This document shows positions 58,852 to 64,000 of a DNA stretch of 64,000 bases, piece after piece. The notes below the pieces were generated by a model. The model was not told the DNA's origin and did no database searches. It saw only the letters and a list, made by a program, of their open reading frames with translations. This stretch comes from Nitrospirota bacterium. Lineage in GTDB: Bacteria > Nitrospirota > UBA9217. Position numbers and translations under genes: made by a program. Location: NCBI GenBank assembly GCA_963790205.1, contig CAWBNQ010000005.1, forward strand, positions 96,001 through 160,000, written 5' to 3'. Numbering within the stretch: position 1 is the first letter of the stretch; the number at the start of each line of letters is the position of its first letter.

Positions 58852-59976
58852 TCACGGATGCAGCAACCGGCCGGCTGCCGCGAAAACCTCTTCCACGGTA
58901 ATAGCAGTCATGCACGTGGGGTCTTCACAGCTGCTTTCGAATCCAAGGCTGAGACACGGCGAGCAGCTCGTGCCGCCGTACAGGTGTATCGCATTGTGAT
59001 TTAAAGGCCCCCATCGTTTCGGAGATGTCGGGCCGTGTAAAGCGATCAAATTACAGCCTAATGCCGAAGCCAGATGCATGATACCCGTATCGACGCTGAT
59101 CGTCAGTTGAGAAGAGGACAACAGCTCCGCGACCTTCCGCAAGGTCAGCGACCCGGCGACAACGGAGACCCGGCCGGGATCAGGCACCCGGGCTTTTATG
59201 GCTTCTGCCCTCTCCCTGTCGGAAGCGGCGCCGGTGAGAAAAACAGTATATCCTTTATCAGCGAACAGGGCGATCAATTCGACCCACCGGGACTCTTCCC
59301 ATTCCTTCAAATACGACCGCGAACCGCCGGGAAACAGGTGAATGACGATTTGTTTCTTCTGTATCGTGCCTGCCTCGATGTTCAGGGCCGGTAAACCCGC
59401 GGCATCGGATATCCCGATCCCCTTCAGCAACGCCCGGTAATTATCAATTTCATGCTTTAAAGGAGAGTGTTGTATCGTCACATCGTACAAATAATGGCGA
59501 TACTGTTTCTCCGTCTGGAACCCGACGGTGGTCCTTGATCTGGAAAAGTATGATAAGACCGCATTGAACCTCGGCCAGGGCCCGAAATCGATCCAGACGT
59601 CGAAGGTCCCCGAGCGTCTGATCAGTTTGAGGGCCTTCAGCGGGCTCTTTATCGGGAGTTTAATGATCCTATCGATCCCCGGAATGAGGCCGGCAGCTTC
59701 ATAATTGGATGAACCGGTAAAGAAGGTTATACGGGCATGAGGATACCTTTTTTTAAAGTCCCTCACAATCGCCGACGATAGGACGGTATCGCCGATGGCG
59801 GCTGTTTGTAAAAAAGCCGCCCTCCTCACGTCGCGATCAAGAAGCTGTCCCCGTTTGCGCCTGAGCAGGCCCAGGCCGAACGTCAGGGGAATCCCGACAG
59901 CGCGATCGACAAATCTCAGCGCGCGATTTCCCCGTTCCGGATGGCGTTCGCCGGTTTTACTCTTAGTTGCCGACAT
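58852..59976 (-). CDS. GT9 heptosyltransferase-like glycosyltransferase
   Basis: AIGDTVL, SVDTGIMHLA and LHGPT.P.RWGP; start ATG 59976. Confidence 0.88.
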   Translation of the reverse strand: MSATKSKTGERHPERGNRALRFVDRAVGIPLTFGLGLLRRKRGQLLDRDVRRAAFLQTAAIGDTVLSSAIVRDFKKRYPHARITFFTGSSNYEAAGLIPGIDRIIKLPIKSPLKALKLIRRSGTFDVWIDFGPWPRFNAVLSYFSRSRTTVGFQTEKQYRHYLYDVTIQHSPLKHEIDNYRALLKGIGISDAAGLPALNIEAGTIQKKQIVIHLFPGGSRSYLKEWEESRWVELIALFADKGYTVFLTGAASDRERAEAIKARVPDPGRVSVVAGSLTLRKVAELLSSSQLTISVDTGIMHLASALGCNLIALHGPTSPKRWGPLNHNAIHLYGGTSCSPCLSLGFESSCEDPTCMTAITVEEVFAAAGRLLHP

Positions 59977-60763
59977 AAAAATTCGTTTCGAGCTTTTCCT
60001 TTGCCGGGAACTCCAAAAACTCGTTCTTATATGCCCGTTGTTTTTCGAACATGAAAAATATTCCCCATGCCATGTTCGGAAACAGTCTGGCCAGCGGTCT
60101 GGCAACGACCGGAGGAAAGGGATAAAAATTGCTGCCGCCGAATTCCTTGAGCTTATACCCTCCGGGAAAACAGCTTTCCAGAAAATTTACGAGGTCCCTC
60201 TTCGTATATCCGCGGATGTGAGCTGAATTGTTTTTCAGCGGACTGGGCTGCCTGCCGAAGGCCAGTAATATCCTGTTGTGGAGTGAGGCCAGATTGGGGA
60301 CGCCGAGGATCACTTTCCCGCCGAGCGGCAATACTCTCGAAATTTCATGGAAGATCCAGAAGAGCTCCTTGACATGCTCGAGGATCTGGTTGGCAATGAC
60401 GACATCGACGGACCCGTCCTGAAAAGGAAGCCGGTCTTTTTCTATATTCAGGCTGTGCACGCGGATCCCCTTTTCAGCCAGTTTTGCCGCATAGGCCGGA
60501 TATACTTCAACGGCATGCACATCGGCCCCGCTATTGATGCTCAGGGCCAGCATGAGGTCGTCGCCCTGCCCGGCCCCCATATCTATTACCGTCCCATAGT
60601 GACCGGCGGACAACAAGAATCGCCTGATCTGATGTCTCCCGTAGTTGAGCGACCGGTCGATTACGGTCCATTTTTTTTCCTCCGCCCCTCCGGCTTCCGT
60701 CCCGGTCAGCGGCAAAGCTCCTTTTTCTTTTCCAGCAACGAGCATAAGAGGACGTCCCTTCAA
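59963..60763 (-). CDS. Class I SAM-dependent methyltransferase (polysaccharide cluster)
   Basis: IDMGAGQG, LPFQDGSVD, ILEH and RVL..GG; start uncertain (60763 or 60745). Confidence 0.85.
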   Translation of the reverse strand: MKGRPLMLVAGKEKGALPLTGTEAGGAEEKKWTVIDRSLNYGRHQIRRFLLSAGHYGTVIDMGAGQGDDLMLALSINSGADVHAVEVYPAYAAKLAEKGIRVHSLNIEKDRLPFQDGSVDVVIANQILEHVKELFWIFHEISRVLPLGGKVILGVPNLASLHNRILLAFGRQPSPLKNNSAHIRGYTKRDLVNFLESCFPGGYKLKEFGGSNFYPFPPVVARPLARLFPNMAWGIFFMFEKQRAYKNEFLEFPAKEKLETNFYVGN

Positions 60764-60846
60764 TCTCTAACGGGGTAAAGGCCGGACCATTATATCTCTC
60801 GCGGACCCCGGGTTCAACATAAAAAGTTCGGTCCGGAACGTATTTC

Positions 60847-61851
60847 CTACCCGAGAAGTTTCTCATACAACGCTACATGCTTTTGCGCAATCGTATCCCA
60901 GTTGAACTGGCTCGCATAGGAGCGTCCGTTATCGGACAGTCGTTTCCTCAGGTCATTGTCTGCCCGTATTTTTTCAACGAGCCGGAGCGCCTCTTCCGGG
61001 CCATGGGAGAACAATACCGCCTGTTCCAGGGAAGGAGGCGTATGGGCTCCGCGCGTGGTAATAGTGGCCACGCCGTTCGCCAGCAACGCCAATAATGACG
61101 TTCTGCGTCCGGAAGCGCCGTCGGGAAAAGGCATATAGGCGATCGATGAGTGGGCGAGCAAATCAGCGGCAACATCGTCAGCCAGGTCAATATCCCATTT
61201 TATCGGCAAATCTTCGGAGCGCCGGTAGAATTCCTTAAAATAGGGCGAGTCCTTCGGGTAGGGCTTGCCGATCATGCGGACCTGAAGTTTCAAGTTCATG
61301 TGCTTGACGAGAGAGGCGAGGGTAAAGACATCTTCCAGGCCTTTCTGCGGACGGAACAGGCCGAAATAAATAATTTCGTTTACATTTCTCTCCTGCCCCT
61401 GTTGCGCCGTACTGATGCTGCTCCCGACCGGGATGACGCTGCAGCGCCGGGATATCCAGGGCGCCCGTTTGACGGAAAAGAGTTGTTCGTAGGGAGTCGT
61501 AAAAACGATATGTCTCGACCTCAGGAAAAAAGGATAGAGAGACAGTTTTCGTAAAATATGGGCCTCGCTCGCTTCATGCACCGTAATGACGCTCGGGATA
61601 AGAAGACTCAACAGCTGCGGCGTCAGTTTCTTGCCGAACCCGACCGTCGGATATTGTATGTGCACGATATCCGGGTTGACGGACCGTATTGTTCTGACGA
61701 TGTTCCCGATATTGCTCAGGCGCCAATTCATGCGGCAAATTACCTCTACTGTGACGCCCTTTTGGCGCAGCGCAATCGCAAGCTGGGACGTGTAATCGCC
61801 GATCCCGCACGTGTCAGGCGGATATGATCCGGTTATTAAGGCAATTTTCAT
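60847..61851 (-). CDS. GT4-family glycosyltransferase
   Basis: YPPDTCGIGDY, VHIQYP, TVHE and YFG..RPQKG. Confidence 0.85.
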   Translation of the reverse strand: MKIALITGSYPPDTCGIGDYTSQLAIALRQKGVTVEVICRMNWRLSNIGNIVRTIRSVNPDIVHIQYPTVGFGKKLTPQLLSLLIPSVITVHEASEAHILRKLSLYPFFLRSRHIVFTTPYEQLFSVKRAPWISRRCSVIPVGSSISTAQQGQERNVNEIIYFGLFRPQKGLEDVFTLASLVKHMNLKLQVRMIGKPYPKDSPYFKEFYRRSEDLPIKWDIDLADDVAADLLAHSSIAYMPFPDGASGRRTSLLALLANGVATITTRGAHTPPSLEQAVLFSHGPEEALRLVEKIRADNDLRKRLSDNGRSYASQFNWDTIAQKHVALYEKLLG

Positions 61852-61921
61852 GCATCACTCTTCAATTGTAAAAAAGGTTGTTTCAGAACGTCTTGAACGC
61901 CATCACAAAATAACCGCAATC

Positions 61922-62773
61922 CTAGCGATATTTGAGCGACCTCGCCTGGTTCCTTATTCTCGAGGGCAATATTTTTTTTACCGCTATTTTCAGATACGTA
62001 AAAAAAATCATCCACCGGTAATAGATGTTTACTTTCAGCGTGTTGTGGTACTGTACAACAGCGCGCCGCGTTTCTTTCCATGCGAGAACGATGTTCGTAT
62101 CTGATAATCCCCCGGCGGAGACCGAAGATACGACGAGATCGATATTGCTGAACTTGAATTTATTCTGATAACACGAAAAGATAAAGGCGAAATCCGCGCC
62201 GACTTTATAATCAAGGCTGAAAGGGAGTTTCTTGCAAACCGATGCCCTGGTAAAAAGGCTCTGATGCCTGAAGATCATCCCCTTCCACAAGTCCGCAGTT
62301 GTTTTTGCTTTCCATATGAGGGAAAAATCAGGACCATATTCCATCTGACAGTGGCCGTATATCAGATCCGCCGTACCGCAGTCGCTGCTCATTACCCGCT
62401 GTACGGTATCCATTTGATAAAATCGATCGCCGGCATTCATGAAATTGATCCAATCTCCGCTCGATAAAGAGATGCCTTTGTTCATTGCATCATAAATGCC
62501 TTTATCGGGTTCACTCAGCCAGTACGCGATCTTATCGTCAAATCTTTTTATGATGTCGAGCGTGCCATCCGTCGAACCGCCGTCGATGACGATATATTCG
62601 ATGTTGTCATAGGTCTGCCCAAGCACGCTCAGGATGGTATGTTCCAGATGCTGGACCCCGTTATACACAACCGTAATAACCGTGACCAGGGGCCTCCCGG
62701 GTTTCGATTTTTTGTAAAACCCGCCGCGGGTACGGAGCCCGCCGTCAATACGGTTCATATGTTTTAAGACCAT
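61922..62773 (-). CDS. GT2-family glycosyltransferase
   Basis: VITVVYN, IDGGSTDGT, SEPDKGIYDAMNKG and FMNAGD. Confidence 0.92.
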   Translation of the reverse strand: MVLKHMNRIDGGLRTRGGFYKKSKPGRPLVTVITVVYNGVQHLEHTILSVLGQTYDNIEYIVIDGGSTDGTLDIIKRFDDKIAYWLSEPDKGIYDAMNKGISLSSGDWINFMNAGDRFYQMDTVQRVMSSDCGTADLIYGHCQMEYGPDFSLIWKAKTTADLWKGMIFRHQSLFTRASVCKKLPFSLDYKVGADFAFIFSCYQNKFKFSNIDLVVSSVSAGGLSDTNIVLAWKETRRAVVQYHNTLKVNIYYRWMIFFTYLKIAVKKILPSRIRNQARSLKYR

Positions 62774-62941
62774 GATTGATTACCGACCTCTGTTTTCCGG
62801 TTATCTTCTTTTCCAGGCGCTCTGCATCCCCGTCAGGTCAGATCTGACGAAAAGAATTTTAGTATTTCAACACCAAACGCTCACATTATTTGCCGCGCTT
62901 TTCCAGGAAAAAACTGATTATAAAAACATAGATGCCAGCAG

Positions 62942-64000
62942 CTAAGCAAGTATCTGTTCGATGATATTTCTTAGGCGACTATTGAATTGCTTCTGACCCC
63001 ATGAGTCGGTCAGTTGTTTTCCTTTTTTAATGAGATCTGCACACATGACATCATCGGTCCACAACAGCTTAAGGCAGTGTGCGATTTCGTCAATTGACTC
63101 AGGGTTGAACAGTAAAGCCGCATCGCCCACTTGTTCGGGAATGCCATAAATACCCGAGATTGCAACAGGACAGCCGGTGACAAAAGCCTCCAGCGGAGGG
63201 ATGTTCGTCGGGCCAAAAAACGTGGGCATGACGAGTGCACGAGCGCGTCGATATAGCTCCGGCATATCCTGATCCGGTACGTATCCCAAGATCAGAACAT
63301 CATCGACAAGATTCAAGTTATGAATATGTTTTACTGTTGTCTGGTAACCGTTTTTTGTCGATCCCGCCAGGACTAATTTCAAATCCGGGAGTTCCTGTTT
63401 CAAGCGCCCAACAGCGCTGATCAATCTTTTATGGTTCTTATGCTCCCAAAATTGAGCGGGATAAAAGATGAACTTCTCGGGGAGCTTATACCGTGAATCG
63501 AAATCCACGGGCTTTTGTGACGAATAGATATATTGGGGCGCGATATAGGGCAGAATGTAAACGCGTTTATCTGATAGTCCATAACTTTCCATCACATGGT
63601 GCTTCCCGACCTCAGAGTCGACAAGTACACCGCGGGCCCAATAACAAATGTTGCGACTGCTCCATTCCCTCCTTCGATACATGCCATGCGCGGAGACCTC
63701 CGGAAATTTTGATTCGTAACGATGCATCAGGTCATGTATGGTCACCAGCGCAGGAACGGGTATTTGAAAGCCGAAGTGGTCCTGGGTGGGAAATATCCAT
63801 AGATCGCAACGTTCTTTCAGAAGTGTTTTAGCCAGAGGAAGGAAAGAGGGACATATTTTCCTCCATACTATAATGGGAAGATCCAGTGCTCCCCATATTC
63901 TCCAAAGAACTCTTCCCCAGAAACCTTTATGAACGTAGAGGGTCTTGAAACTTTTCGCTTTGAGATGCTCTGGCCACAGTTTTGAAGTATATGCGACAAC
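62942..64000 (-). CDS. GT4-family glycosyltransferase (5' truncated by window edge)
   Basis: TIHD, YPAQFWEHKNH and GPTNIPPLEA; the frame is open up to base 64000. Confidence 0.88.
   Translation of the reverse strand, partial: VVAYTSKLWPEHLKAKSFKTLYVHKGFWGRVLWRIWGALDLPIIVWRKICPSFLPLAKTLLKERCDLWIFPTQDHFGFQIPVPALVTIHDLMHRYESKFPEVSAHGMYRRREWSSRNICYWARGVLVDSEVGKHHVMESYGLSDKRVYILPYIAPQYIYSSQKPVDFDSRYKLPEKFIFYPAQFWEHKNHKRLISAVGRLKQELPDLKLVLAGSTKNGYQTTVKHIHNLNLVDDVLILGYVPDQDMPELYRRARALVMPTFFGPTNIPPLEAFVTGCPVAISGIYGIPEQVGDAALLFNPESIDEIAHCLKLLWTDDVMCADLIKKGKQLTDSWGQKQFNSRLRNIIEQILA

Noticed and set aside
57391..59004. Long antisense ORFs (537 aa here; also 7159-8376, 13262-14512, 17063-18235, 28880-29977, 45125-46015)
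   Set aside because: Each lies opposite a well-conserved gene; this is expected from GC-rich codon bias, and none has a domain signature.
62831..62849. Small hairpin CGTCAG-GTCAGAT-CTGACG, possibly REP-like
   Set aside because: Single short copy in the window; not distinguishable from chance.

Overview
A chromosomal window from a Gram-negative, probably anaerobic or microaerophilic bacterium. The gene repertoire and protein style suggest Nitrospirota or a deltaproteobacterial lineage (inference). The window appears to contain the replication terminus: a near-canonical XerCD dif site lies at 2756-2783, with lon and lipA on + to its left and mostly minus-strand operons to its right. Main content: (1) a long LPS/Kdo/phospholipid operon (DUF3108, hldE kinase, rmlACDB, ugd, uxs, kdsB-pyrG-kdsA-kdsD-kdsC, lipid A acyltransferase, pgsA, plsY, OM barrel), with +1 frameshifts in rmlD and DUF3108; (2) a heptosyltransferase, a ferredoxin, tRNA-Leu(UAA) with a downstream 3'-end duplication, and accA; (3) phoH-pgpH-ybeY-dgkA/PAP2-roadblock, cobO, sod and PBP1A; (4) a HAMP-GGDEF cyclase carrying the Hypr-type Asp->Ser substitution, coupled to a TPR lipoprotein; (5) an intact IS5-family element; (6) a type IV pilin locus with a sigma54-driven Geobacter-like pilA, an ABC exporter, an accessory protein and a TMTC-like GT-C/TPR glycosyltransferase; (7) futalosine menaquinone genes, a DnaA-box cluster, miaB/mtaB, gmd, a SAM hydrolase and a SoxA/TsdA-like monoheme cytochrome with a C-terminal Cys; (8) a BirA-regulated bioB-bioW-bioF-SDR-bioD operon; (9) a surface-polysaccharide cluster (GT4s, GT2, methyltransferase, GT9, manC, algC, MBOAT plus partner). 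Intergenic spacers carry several kinds of small non-autonomous repeats: 7-nt-periodic inverted arrays, a 9-nt element, BoxC-like and REP-like hairpins. No CRISPR array, rRNA or prophage was seen. All calls are by-eye motif recognition; no database searches were run.
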